Below are positions 29,344 through 38,786 of a stretch of DNA of 64,000 bases, in pieces. Positions within the stretch are counted from its first letter, which is position 1. The number at the start of each line of letters is the position of its first letter. The stretch lies in IMG/VR virus record IMGVR_UViG_3300009103_000026, positions 1,472 through 65,471 of that record. One strand, given 5' to 3'. The notes under the pieces are model-generated. The model saw only the letters and a program-made list of their open reading frames with translations, searched no databases and was not told the origin of the DNA. Made by a program: the position numbers and the translations under genes. The DNA is from a virus (lineage: Duplodnaviria; Caudoviricetes).

Positions 29344-32280
29344 TTACTTGGTTGAGGCCCTATCCAATTTCTCCAAGGATTCAGCAGTCTCTAACTCTCC
29401 CAACTTCTTAAAGTATGTTGTTGCGGCAACAAGACCCCCTATTAAAAGACCACCCTTTAGGCCAAGTCCCATCATGCCTGCCATAGCACCAGCCATTATG
29501 CCTGAGCCAGCAGCAGCACCCCCAGCACGGGTTTGCTTACTGAACCTATCTTTGTCCAAGGCTTGCGATATCATTGGTGCTATCATCATCGCCATAAACA
29601 TGCCGCCCATGCCGCCCCCAGCGCCGAACATACCCTGAAGCTTCTTTGCAAAACCTCGAAGTCCCGTTACGGCCATTCCCAATCCCCGACCCAACAGAGC
29701 TATTCCTCTGCCAGCCAGCTTCGTGGCACCGCCAGCCGTGTTCATGGAGGCGGTAACCGACTTAACCGCTGCGTTCTGAATACCGCTCCAGTGTGAGGCA
29801 TTCTGCGTTCTGGTGCCAAGTGTGTTCAGCTCCCCATTCAAACGTTTGATGTTCTTGGTGGTCGTCTGCCTTAGCCTGTTTGTTTTTTCCGATGAGTCTT
29901 TGAGAACCCTTGTGTCGACTGGCATCACGTCGGACCGCCGGGCCCCTCCTAGCATCCGATTCGCAGCGTCCATACTCATTGGCTTGCCCGAGAGGTTGCT
30001 ACCGCTGGTTGTTCCTCGCACACCGGGCACAATTCCTCCGCCGCTACGGTTCCGAGCAATCACAGCCTCTCTGTTGTCTGGTAACTGATTCACCCACGAC
30101 GGTGTGCTGCCGCGAGGCGATCCGGGGATAGGGCCCGACTGCCGAGCAAATCCAGTACCCATGCCGAAGGACCCGCTGCCCTGCCCGACACCGAATCGAA
30201 GCGAATCGACAGGCACGGCGGGCGGGAGCACTGCTCCTCCAACCCCAGACGCCTGACCGGGCTGGATTCCCGGCACGGGCCTCTTTCCCTTCGCTCCTGC
30301 TGCCACCGGAAGCATCCCCCCGGCACCGCCCCCCCTTGCCTGCAAAGCGAGAATAAGACGCTCTATGGAGGCTACCAACGTTTTCGTCGAGGATTCAATT
30401 GCCACGGTATTAGCGCCTGTTGCCACGGTATTAGAGCCTAGTGCCGTGTGAACGAACCGATTCGCCTTGAGCAGGTTGTGATTTGAGGCCCGCATAATAA
30501 CGATTTCCGCCGAGTTGAGTTTTAGTGCCGCACCTAAAGCCTGCATACTCCCCGTATTAGCCACTATCGACTTCTGCAAAATCCCCGCTATCTTGACTAG
30601 AGCTTTCATGGGTGCAGCTTCTGCGGCTCCGGTTCCGGTACTAATTACCCCACCCCTGACGCCTGCCAGCCCTCTGCCCGCCGCTGCCGCACCGGTCCCG
30701 CCTGCTATCTTTTGTGTGATCGCTCCCCCCTGACCCGCAGTCCCTTCTCCCGCCACCGACTTTAACCCTCCAAAGAAACCCCCTCCAAACTGTTTTAGCA
30801 TCATGATACCTTTAACAGCCATTAAACTTGTAAGCATTGGAAGAAAATCTTTCATGGCATCTGCAACTTTTATGAAAGCACTAGCCAGCTTAAGTACCAT
30901 AGAAGCCATATTTTGGAAAGTTCCTGTTTTCGTCATCTCTCTCATCATCAATGTGAATTCTTCACGCACCTTCATCAACTGAACAGCAAGAGTCTTTTGT
31001 GCTTGCTCAGCGTCTTTAGTTAGAGATGCAGATCCTTTTATAGCCGCTTGGCGAGCCTTTTCAGCCGTACCAAACTGCTTAATAGCTGGAATTAATTTAC
31101 CAACCTGCCTAAACCCACCGAGTTCTTCAACAATTTTAGCAAATTCACCAGACCTAGTTGGAATTTGTTTTAATCCTGCCGACAGCCGTCTGAACGCTTC
31201 ATAGGTACCTACAAAATTTCCTTGTAAGTCCAAAAGTTCAACGCCATACTCTCTTAAGAAATTAACAGTCTGACCACGCTGAATACGAGTAAAAATAGTT
31301 CTCAAGCCAGTAGCAATACTATCAGCACTTTCTCTAGTCGTTGCTCTAACAGAAGTAAAGATTGCGGCAAGTTCTTGCAACTTACCTATGGGGGTTCCTA
31401 TCCCCTCGCTAGCAGCAGCAAAGACACCACCAGCACGACGTATAACAGAAATTATATCATCAGCTTCAACTGCAAATTTACCAGCAATTGCATTTATTGA
31501 GCCTAAGGTTGCTTCAAGCTGATCTGCTTGAATATCAAATTGACGCATGGCAGCAATAGCACCCTCTGCCGTTTTCTTAATATCAGTGAAAGTTGGTGCT
31601 AGGGTAGTTTTTGCTAAAGCCTCTAAAGCTACTTTGGTATCTCTTGCGCTCAGACCTGATTGCTTTAAGATAAGAGACATCTCAACCAGATCTTTAGACG
31701 CCACGCCCAACTTTACAGAAACACGATCTATTTCATTTGATAATTTACTCATGCCAGCAACGGTGGAATTAGACACCTGTGCTATTCTCATCATCTGTCT
31801 CTCAAAAGAAACAGCCTCTTGCACAGCCTCACTTATTGCCCGAATAAATCCAAAAACAACTGTTGTTGCAATGGTGAATCCAGCAAATCTACGTAACGCT
31901 AGGCCGGAAACCCTACCAAATTCATGCATAGAGCTAGTTGCCATTTTCGTCTGAGCGGCAGTTTTCATGGCGGACCCTCCAACTCCCGCCATTCCCGCAG
32001 CAGCCGCCGCCGACGTTTTACTTGCCGCAGACATAGACCCGCTAAGCGCAGCGGTAGAAGAAGTTAGTTTTTGAGTTCCTCCACTAGCTCCACTGGCACT
32101 AGCATTAAGTTTTTGTATGCTAGTAGTTAGATTATTGACTTGCGCCTGAGCGTTTCTGTCGACCCTTACTCGCACATTAGCCTGCAACCCACTTTGCAGC
32201 TGCTTCTGGATGCCTGCTATAACAGGCCTTATATTTGCAGGTCCAACCAAATTTAGTTGGGCGGTAAGTTGAAATGCCAT
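29344..32280 (-). CDS. Tape measure protein, N-terminal part (TP901-type core)
   Basis: AVSFERQMMRIAQVS...LKQSGLSA...ALAKTTLA...TRESADSIATGLRTIFTRIQ...GGFRQVGKL, the typical tape-measure core. Follows the chaperone genes. Confidence 0.9.
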   Translation of the reverse strand: MAFQLTAQLNLVGPANIRPVIAGIQKQLQSGLQANVRVRVDRNAQAQVNNLTTSIQKLNASASGASGGTQKLTSSTAALSGSMSAASKTSAAAAAGMAGVGGSAMKTAAQTKMATSSMHEFGRVSGLALRRFAGFTIATTVVFGFIRAISEAVQEAVSFERQMMRIAQVSNSTVAGMSKLSNEIDRVSVKLGVASKDLVEMSLILKQSGLSARDTKVALEALAKTTLAPTFTDIKKTAEGAIAAMRQFDIQADQLEATLGSINAIAGKFAVEADDIISVIRRAGGVFAAASEGIGTPIGKLQELAAIFTSVRATTRESADSIATGLRTIFTRIQRGQTVNFLREYGVELLDLQGNFVGTYEAFRRLSAGLKQIPTRSGEFAKIVEELGGFRQVGKLIPAIKQFGTAEKARQAAIKGSASLTKDAEQAQKTLAVQLMKVREEFTLMMREMTKTGTFQNMASMVLKLASAFIKVADAMKDFLPMLTSLMAVKGIMMLKQFGGGFFGGLKSVAGEGTAGQGGAITQKIAGGTGAAAAGRGLAGVRGGVISTGTGAAEAAPMKALVKIAGILQKSIVANTGSMQALGAALKLNSAEIVIMRASNHNLLKANRFVHTALGSNTVATGANTVAIESSTKTLVASIERLILALQARGGGAGGMLPVAAGAKGKRPVPGIQPGQASGVGGAVLPPAVPVDSLRFGVGQGSGSFGMGTGFARQSGPIPGSPRGSTPSWVNQLPDNREAVIARNRSGGGIVPGVRGTTSGSNLSGKPMSMDAANRMLGGARRSDVMPVDTRVLKDSSEKTNRLRQTTTKNIKRLNGELNTLGTRTQNASHWSGIQNAAVKSVTASMNTAGGATKLAGRGIALLGRGLGMAVTGLRGFAKKLQGMFGAGGGMGGMFMAMMIAPMISQALDKDRFSKQTRAGGAAAGSGIMAGAMAGMMGLGLKGGLLIGGLVAATTYFKKLGELETAESLEKLDRASTK

Positions 32281-32291
32281 GTTATCTCTCT

Positions 32292-32344
32292 AAAAAAAAA
32301 TGGTTATACCGGTAGCGTAACAACTTCGCTATCCGATACAACCA
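32292..32344 (-). terminator. Intrinsic terminator immediately upstream of the tape measure start
   Basis: Minus-strand RNA UGGUUGUAUCGG-A-UAGCG...CGCUA-CCGGUAUAACCA (12+5 bp, G-U wobbles valid on this strand) followed by U9. Confidence 0.8.
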
Positions 32345-32352
32345 CTATCCGA

Positions 32353-33237
32353 CTATTCTTCAGAAGCCTCTTTCTTTTCAGACTTAGGCTTCCTACCTCG
32401 CTTAGGTTTAGGTTTTTCTTCTTTCTTAGCTAAGGCCTTTTCAGCCTTACTCAAAACAGGATTTCCGTCATCGTCCAAAAATGGCTTAGCATCAAAAAGA
32501 TAATTACCATCTTCATCTAACAAATTTCCTTTGTTATCAATTCTATGGCCATCGTCGTTTACTAAAAAGCCATCTTTATCAATTTTCTTTCCATCTCTGC
32601 TTATTAAATTTCCGTCTTCGTCAACTAATTGCAAATCATCATTAAGAAACCCATATTCCAATAAAAACTTATTTTCTGTAAGATTTTGTTCAAAATTGTT
32701 GTCTAATCCATACATCATATTTGCCAAAGTTTTTGCTGATTCCACAGCAACCGGTTTATTGGCATTGGTCAAATAATCAGCTAAGCTTTCAAACACCTGC
32801 TCCCCATTATCATACACCGGACAGGCAGATACTAAATAATTAAATTTCGCATTGTCTGCTTGCCCCTCGGCAGTATTATTATCCATACTTGTCCTATCAG
32901 AGATTAATGCAGTTAATTCATCTCTAAGGTCCTTCATCTCTAAGGCTTTTTTCTTAGCTTGATTCAATTTTATTCCACCTTTACCAATTTCTTTTTCTCT
33001 TTCTGTCAATTCCCCTTGTATGCGATTAAACTCAGTTTGCTTATCGTCGTCCCACATGCCTTGTTTTCTCATATGGTCATCAAGCTTTACTCGAAGCAAA
33101 GCCCCAGATTCTAGGGCATCTCTAAAAGCCCTATTATATTCCTTTTGTGAATTATTAAGCTGTTGAACAGTAGGCTGTTCTACATTGACAGTTCTAACCT
33201 TGCCATCAACAGTAATAGTAAAATGTCGTTTAGTCAT
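32353..33237 (-). CDS. Putative tail assembly chaperone
   Basis: GAGGAG RBS before ATG at 33237. Directly upstream of the tape measure. C-terminal (L/I)DxDG beta-hairpin repeats and a basic tail. Confidence 0.55.
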   Translation of the reverse strand: MTKRHFTITVDGKVRTVNVEQPTVQQLNNSQKEYNRAFRDALESGALLRVKLDDHMRKQGMWDDDKQTEFNRIQGELTEREKEIGKGGIKLNQAKKKALEMKDLRDELTALISDRTSMDNNTAEGQADNAKFNYLVSACPVYDNGEQVFESLADYLTNANKPVAVESAKTLANMMYGLDNNFEQNLTENKFLLEYGFLNDDLQLVDEDGNLISRDGKKIDKDGFLVNDDGHRIDNKGNLLDEDGNYLFDAKPFLDDDGNPVLSKAEKALAKKEEKPKPKRGRKPKSEKKEASEE

Positions 33238-33592
33238 GATCTTTCTCCTCATTGTCCTTTAATAGTTTAAAATCAATATGATACCGATTCCAAGTCATTG
33301 TATATTCAGATATTTCTTCCTGAGCTATACGCAACTGGGTATTTCCATTATTGAGAACTTCCGTCCTAGCAGCTTCCCATAGATGCTTGAATTCCTCTTG
33401 TTCTGGTGTCAAGCCACCACTATTATTATGACCCCATAGGTCCCCAAAGTATTCTTCAAAAACAGCCAAAGATCCAATCATTGTTGTTTTAAATTTTTTT
33501 TCAATATTTTTTATCAATCTATTCTTAGAATTTTCATTATATTTTTCCTGATTATTTTTTTTTGCTAATTCTCCTAGTTTTGCTTTGTCCAT
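33230..33592 (-). CDS. Hypothetical phage protein (tail module)
   Basis: 120-aa ORF with AAGGA RBS, lying between the tail tube and tape measure. Confidence 0.6.
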   Translation of the reverse strand: MDKAKLGELAKKNNQEKYNENSKNRLIKNIEKKFKTTMIGSLAVFEEYFGDLWGHNNSGGLTPEQEEFKHLWEAARTEVLNNGNTQLRIAQEEISEYTMTWNRYHIDFKLLKDNEEKDHD

Positions 33593-33605
33593 ATTTCACC
33601 GTCCT

Positions 33606-34658
33606 TTATTTAACACTCTGAGCCATTTCCCTATTAGCCTGCATGACTATTTCTTGTCTGATATCTGGCAATTCAGATTCGTATACCGCCCTTCCCTTGT
33701 TCTTCTCTATATATATACGTCTCTGTCTTTTAATCATTTTTCCGCGAATATCATTTAAATCATTTATCTTTGCTGCATCTTTGTTGTCTTTAGCTGTGAA
33801 AAATACCTCAGTTGCATTTGGATGGTTATCAAGCATTCCTTCTACCTTTTTCTGTGTTTTTCGTTTTTCTGATTTTCTTCGTTCTAATATCAACCACCCA
33901 TCAATACAGTCGTCATCTTGCACGACCTCCGTCGCTGGGCAGTCGGGATGCTGACTAATTCCATCATACATACCACTAAACATAGCTAGCATTTTCTGAT
34001 CTTCTGTCCAGTCGGCAGTAGGTTTACCAAATGGATTTATGTTTTTAGATACAGACCAAATTGATTTCCAAGGTTCTGTTCTTGCTAGTTCCCTAATTTT
34101 GTCTGGGCCTATTTTATTAGCATTAATATTCATCATTAACTTATCTAGTAAGGATGTTTTTTGCTTTAAATTATTAGGATCAAATACTCTAGAACCATCT
34201 TCTTTGAAAAGGCAGCAAGCCGTCAAATATTGAGCTTTAACCATAGAAGCGTAACCAATGTCTGTCACGTAGTTTAGAGAATCTTTAATACTTAATATGC
34301 GGCGCTGGTCTGTTCTTATTTGCTCAAGTACAGATCTTATTACATTTGCTTTTTCTTCGTTAAAAAAAGATTCATATAGCTTAACCTTTAAAGCTTCTAT
34401 GTCCTTTGCATATTTCTCTAAAACTTCCTCATATTTATAGTCCCACAACCCTTTTTGCGCCAAAATATCTAAAGCTTGTTCTTGAGTATAAAATTCTGAA
34501 AAAGAAACTTCTCTCAGAGACTTCTCATAAAGAAGCTGAGCTTTATATCTCTCAATAGAAGAAGAATATTTTAGCGTATATAAACTATTAGCATACTCAA
34601 ATATATAAGTTCCAGAAATTATCCTTGATACTAATAGAGTCCTTTCCTTATCTTCCAT
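33606..34658 (-). CDS. Putative tail assembly chaperone / tail module protein
   Basis: 350-aa helical ORF right after the tail tube gene. AAGGA RBS. Confidence 0.5.
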   Translation of the reverse strand: MEDKERTLLVSRIISGTYIFEYANSLYTLKYSSSIERYKAQLLYEKSLREVSFSEFYTQEQALDILAQKGLWDYKYEEVLEKYAKDIEALKVKLYESFFNEEKANVIRSVLEQIRTDQRRILSIKDSLNYVTDIGYASMVKAQYLTACCLFKEDGSRVFDPNNLKQKTSLLDKLMMNINANKIGPDKIRELARTEPWKSIWSVSKNINPFGKPTADWTEDQKMLAMFSGMYDGISQHPDCPATEVVQDDDCIDGWLILERRKSEKRKTQKKVEGMLDNHPNATEVFFTAKDNKDAAKINDLNDIRGKMIKRQRRIYIEKNKGRAVYESELPDIRQEIVMQANREMAQSVK

Positions 34659-34737
34659 AATAATCCTTATCTATATAAAATGTCAGGTGTTTCACTTGCC
34701 CGACCGGGAAAGAAAGGCTATCGCTACGCACCTGACC

Positions 34738-34775
34738 AAAAAAAAGGGGGGCGAAGAATAAACCTCGCCACCCCT
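34738..34775 (-). terminator. Intrinsic terminator after the tail tube gene
   Basis: AGGGGUGGCGAGG...CUUCGCCCCCCU hairpin followed by a U8 tract on the minus strand. Confidence 0.8.
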
Positions 34776-34792
34776 CTATTATTGGTCAATCA

Positions 34793-36013
34793 TTAACTAG
34801 CTGCCGCTGTATACAGATACCCAGCAGTAGCTCTATTAGTCCAAAAAGTCGATTCCTGTCTGTGAATGACAGTTAAGTCATTAAAGTTGGTATATGAGAA
34901 CGTTGTAGTAACGTTACCACCGCCAGCATCTCCACCGGCATAGTTTACTGAAGATAGCTTGTTCTTAGCTCCAAGGCCAAGTCTCAAGCCTTCAGCAGTT
35001 GCAATACGAATCGACTGGTTGGACAAGTTACCTAGGTCCCGACCGGGCTGGGACGATGTGGTCAACTTACCTTCTTCAGTAGCCGAAATCAAGTCACCAC
35101 TAGTAGTAGTGGTTTCAATCTCACAAGTAACTTCGGTTGGGAAGGTGGCAAATCTATGATAAGGGCCTTTTCGTCCCAGTTCCAGAATTTGCTCACGACC
35201 AAGGTCAGTAGAAACAGTAATACTATTAATATGGGCACCAAAGTTTCCAGCGGCATCTTTAACATTCATCCCAGTACTATTAATACCCGGAATTTCTGTT
35301 GGAAGGGCACAAACATCAACATAGGTGTGCATACCATTAAGATCACCGGCGGATTCACCGCGTCCGTTAACGCTATCACCGGGAACAATACCCGTTGCAA
35401 ACAACAGATCTTGACGTCTATTAACACCACCACCAGTAAAGGTAAGGGAGGTAGGTTCGTCATTAGCCGCCTCAAACTGGCCGTCAAAGACCGCAGTTGG
35501 AATATAGAACTGAGCATGATCCGTGCCAGTTTCTCCAAACGTACTATCATTTAACCAGTGCTTGTGGTTTCCGACAAGGGTTATATCTTCTGTAAAGTTA
35601 TCTTCCAGCGGGAAACTATAGCTAAGCGATGATACGTACATACCAGAACACTCAAGTTGTTGATTGGCAGTTCCGGAAGCTCCGTCTAGAGTATCATCAA
35701 AAACAGAAAGACCAAAAACGCATCTTTCATTAGAACGCCCAACCAAAGTTGGCCGAGTGGCATTCTGTGTTGCACTACAGTACATAGGCTTATAGCCATC
35801 AAGTACCTTGGTCATACTTACTTCCACATCAGGAAGATCTTCAATATTCTCATAAATGGAAATCTGACCAAGCTCAAAAACCTGAGCCAGATTAAAGTTG
35901 GTTGTTACGCCAACGCTCTGAACACCATGAACCGTATCTCCAGCGGCCCAACTCTGGTCTCCAGTAGCCTTGATGCCTACTTGCTGACATGCATAAAAAA
36001 TTCTGTTAGCCAT
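34793..36013 (-). CDS. Major tail tube protein
   Basis: HGVQSVGVTTNFNLAQVFELGQ..YENIE and duplicated SITVSTDLGREQILELGRKGPY strands are tube-like. Strong AAAGGAG RBS, own promoter motif and downstream terminator, as expected for a high-copy protein. Confidence 0.75.
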   Translation of the reverse strand: MANRIFYACQQVGIKATGDQSWAAGDTVHGVQSVGVTTNFNLAQVFELGQISIYENIEDLPDVEVSMTKVLDGYKPMYCSATQNATRPTLVGRSNERCVFGLSVFDDTLDGASGTANQQLECSGMYVSSLSYSFPLEDNFTEDITLVGNHKHWLNDSTFGETGTDHAQFYIPTAVFDGQFEAANDEPTSLTFTGGGVNRRQDLLFATGIVPGDSVNGRGESAGDLNGMHTYVDVCALPTEIPGINSTGMNVKDAAGNFGAHINSITVSTDLGREQILELGRKGPYHRFATFPTEVTCEIETTTTSGDLISATEEGKLTTSSQPGRDLGNLSNQSIRIATAEGLRLGLGAKNKLSSVNYAGGDAGGGNVTTTFSYTNFNDLTVIHRQESTFWTNRATAGYLYTAAAS

Positions 36014-36074
36014 GAAATATATCTCCTTTTAAACTATCCATGAATAGTGTTTGTTTTGGCGAATTCGTTATTAG

Positions 36075-36084
36075 ATAATACACC
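36075..36084 (-). promoter_or_regulatory. Putative late promoter motif GGTGTATTAT
   Basis: Intergenic, ~60 nt upstream of the tail tube start. Confidence 0.6.
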
Positions 36085-36104
36085 AATTCACTAAAAATAT
36101 AAAG

Positions 36105-37085
36105 TTATTCTATAGTCCCACCTAACACAACCTCAAAAGTAGTCCTTACAGTACCCCTATGAAGAGTGGGACTTAATGTCTCATTATCACTTATTCTTGC
36201 ATTTTGAAAAGTACACTTTTTCCAACGATACCCACCATTATCTGAAGTATTTACAAGTGTAGGATACATAATAGGGTCATTTACCAACATTCCCCTGTAA
36301 TCTAATGGATATTTTTCATCTTCAACTAATCTATTATCATTATAAAGATAAATAGATTTATCGTTTTGTAGTGCTATTATATCAATTAATTGATTTTTAT
36401 CCCACTTATTTTCAGTAAAAATATGGAATAAAACATCTTGATGAACCCAATTGGCAGAATTTCCAAGCTCATATCCCCTTGATACTCTCCTAGGAACAGT
36501 TTCTATTACTATTGCAGGTAATTGTACACGATTATGAGATAGAATGCCCCATTCGCCCGAGGTAGTCTGCGATACATGAGTATTGTCTACTCTAAATGAA
36601 CCATTTTGTATCTCCCTCCACCAAGGAGCCCTGTCAGAAACATAAGTTTGAACCCATCGATGACTATAATTCATTGTTACTGAGCTAGAAGTACTTATAG
36701 CACTATCAAAAACTACCCTTCCATTGGGATAGTCCACGTAGTGCCCATAGGTAGCATCTCCAGTCCCATAAAAAGAACCTCCGACCCAAACACCAGAAAT
36801 TTGTATGGGCTGAGTATCATAGCTAACACCCGTTTCCCAAACCAAATCTTTTCTCGGGGTTTCCCACACCTGTCCGGCAGAGTAAGAGGGGTCGTCTACC
36901 AACCTTAAGGTATGAAAATTTCCCCCATAAGCTCCTGATGTCGGAATGGTTGCATCAAACCAACTTCCTATACCTAAAAAAGACCAGTCTAAAAAAGTTT
37001 TTAAATTATTTTCTAAAATAGTCATAAACAGGCTATTGCCAATATGATCTAAGCCTTTAAATTGGGTATATGAATTTACTGCCAT
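36105..37085 (-). CDS. Tail terminator/completion-like protein
   Basis: QLPAIVIE...GYELG...QDVLFHIF..N..DKNQLIDII pattern. Position just before the tail tube. Confidence 0.6.
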   Translation of the reverse strand: MAVNSYTQFKGLDHIGNSLFMTILENNLKTFLDWSFLGIGSWFDATIPTSGAYGGNFHTLRLVDDPSYSAGQVWETPRKDLVWETGVSYDTQPIQISGVWVGGSFYGTGDATYGHYVDYPNGRVVFDSAISTSSSVTMNYSHRWVQTYVSDRAPWWREIQNGSFRVDNTHVSQTTSGEWGILSHNRVQLPAIVIETVPRRVSRGYELGNSANWVHQDVLFHIFTENKWDKNQLIDIIALQNDKSIYLYNDNRLVEDEKYPLDYRGMLVNDPIMYPTLVNTSDNGGYRWKKCTFQNARISDNETLSPTLHRGTVRTTFEVVLGGTIE

Positions 37086-37086
37086 C

Positions 37087-37743
37087 CTACATTGCCCTCA
37101 TCAATTCTGTTTCCATGATCTTAGTTACTGACGCATACACCCCGCCGTTTATAATAGCTCTAGTTATCACGTTGTCGTGTGCGGTGCCAGAATACTCAGG
37201 GGGAACCCCCCAGTTTCTCTTAGAACGAACCATAACTGCTTTTCCTGTTCTACTTTTCTTTCCCGGAGGAACGACAAAAGACACATCATAAGAACGAATA
37301 AGAGTAGAATCTCCTGCCAACAAAAGCCATTCTAGCCACGGAATTACTCGGGTTGTTGCAGAATACTTTACTGAAGGCAAGCTCAATACGTCACCCCAAT
37401 CATCTCTTATACCAAATAAAGTAAGCGTAGATTTTTTTAAGCCTACTCTCGAAGTTATTCCTATATTTGACAACCACACACTTAACATGTCCTCTAATGC
37501 GGCAGTAGGGTTAGGGACTCCCAACTCAGCCTGAAGCTTTCCTCCGAGTAAACTCTCAATTTCTGGAGAAGTCATTATAGCCAGTCTTACAGCCTCTTTA
37601 ATTCTTGATAATATCCTTGGGGTTGTCTGCACAAACACTGCCACTATTTTCTTTTTAATTTCCTGCTGTATTTTTTTTTCTATAGAAGCAGCGCCTTCGC
37701 TAAGTCTCAAATTAAAATTAAGCATATTTACATCCTTTTCCAC
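37087..37743 (-). CDS. Neck / tail-completion protein (HK97 gp10-like position)
   Basis: PWLEWLL.G...SRTGKAVM...GT..DNVITRAI, plus gene order. Confidence 0.5.
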   Translation of the reverse strand: MEKDVNMLNFNLRLSEGAASIEKKIQQEIKKKIVAVFVQTTPRILSRIKEAVRLAIMTSPEIESLLGGKLQAELGVPNPTAALEDMLSVWLSNIGITSRVGLKKSTLTLFGIRDDWGDVLSLPSVKYSATTRVIPWLEWLLLAGDSTLIRSYDVSFVVPPGKKSRTGKAVMVRSKRNWGVPPEYSGTAHDNVITRAIINGGVYASVTKIMETELMRAM

Positions 37744-38252
37744 ATTGTTACTATGAATTCTGAATCAGCAAGTCCCGCAGGATTTGGCTCTCCGTCCCTT
37801 TTAAATCTATGTCTTACAGAAGGCTGTAGGCCGGTATCTATTATTATTTCTTGGGCCCTTTTGATTTTTGGCAGAGTTACGTATTTACTAAAAGTCTGTA
37901 CGAGGCCTTCTGGAGATTGAAGATTTATATCAAAATTTATCCACTGTTTGTAGTCCCAGATAGGCATAAGATACATAGATTCGGTAGTTTCAGTCATCAA
38001 TTTTCCCACCCCATGACATAGTGGACATATCTGACCATTATTGAATGGTATGGGACCTCCGGACAAATACCTGTTTGCTGACTTTCTTCCAATAGGGTCA
38101 TATATACAATTTGCACACGTTGAGAATTTTCCACCGTATATTAATGTGCAAGGAACCGTCAATGCAGCATCGTCCAACAATGCTGATATAGCATTCTTGA
38201 ATGTGGCTTTCATACTGCTAGTTATTATTCCAGAGAAAGGATTGTGTGCCAT
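37728..38252 (-). CDS. Head-closure/neck protein with CxxC...CxxC zinc-finger insert
   Basis: TCANC...ICPLCHGVG. Located among the head-tail joining genes. Confidence 0.5.
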   Translation of the reverse strand: MAHNPFSGIITSSMKATFKNAISALLDDAALTVPCTLIYGGKFSTCANCIYDPIGRKSANRYLSGGPIPFNNGQICPLCHGVGKLMTETTESMYLMPIWDYKQWINFDINLQSPEGLVQTFSKYVTLPKIKRAQEIIIDTGLQPSVRHRFKRDGEPNPAGLADSEFIVTMWKRM

Positions 38253-38264
38253 GGTATCTCCAAA

Positions 38265-38786
38265 TTAGTCAGGAATTGACAATGCTTGCTTTATGGTAAC
38301 TTGAGGGTCGGTGTTAATAAAAGCAGATAAGTCCAGTTCTATATTTTCTATTTCCTCAACGCTTAACGCATTATCTATATCGTTTTCTACCGCTATGGTG
38401 GAGGCAGTAACTAGCTTTACCCAACTCAAAAGTGAAGTAATATAATTTGCTCTATTAGTTAGCCCCTGTGCCACTGCCTCAGCAGACAAAGCCTGAAACA
38501 TCATCAATCTAAAGGAAGGGTATCTTCCTTCAACAAATGCCGCTGCCTTTCTAGCTATTTCTTCTATTTTATCTTGTCTACATGGTTGTAGTAAAAGAGA
38601 ATCCAAGTTAGCCATGTAGTGAGATACCGCATCATCAAGGTCTTGTTGAGAAACTTCTCTTACGTACAATACGCCGCTATCATACCAATGTTTATTGCTG
38701 AGGACATTTTCATCTATAGATAAGCCAGCTAATTTTACTATTTCTACTAAGTTATGTTCAGCTGAGATGGAAACCTGTGCTATCAT
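38265..38786 (-). CDS. Tail-fibre-associated chaperone-like protein (DUF4376-like C-terminus)
   Basis: QDKIEEI...IDNALSVEEIENI pattern. Translationally coupled to the upstream fibre-like gene. Confidence 0.45.
   Translation of the reverse strand: MIAQVSISAEHNLVEIVKLAGLSIDENVLSNKHWYDSGVLYVREVSQQDLDDAVSHYMANLDSLLLQPCRQDKIEEIARKAAAFVEGRYPSFRLMMFQALSAEAVAQGLTNRANYITSLLSWVKLVTASTIAVENDIDNALSVEEIENIELDLSAFINTDPQVTIKQALSIPD

Noticed and set aside
6504-31954. Many 60-150 aa plus-strand ORFs antisense to the giant tail and tape-measure genes
   Set aside because: Shadow ORFs from the codon bias of Gly/Ala-rich sense genes; no RBS or recognisable motifs.
32353-34658. Lambda G/GT-type programmed frameshift among the tail chaperone genes
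   Set aside because: Each ORF has its own RBS and start codon, and I saw no convincing slippery heptamer near their ends.
34684-34738. tRNA-like element on the plus strand (7-bp stem followed by ACCA)
   Set aside because: Only ~55 nt, with no T-psi-C arm, D arm or anticodon arm. Better explained as a minus-strand mRNA hairpin.
34793-37743. Contractile tail sheath gene
   Set aside because: No ORF with sheath size or motifs next to the tube gene; organisation fits a non-contractile tail.
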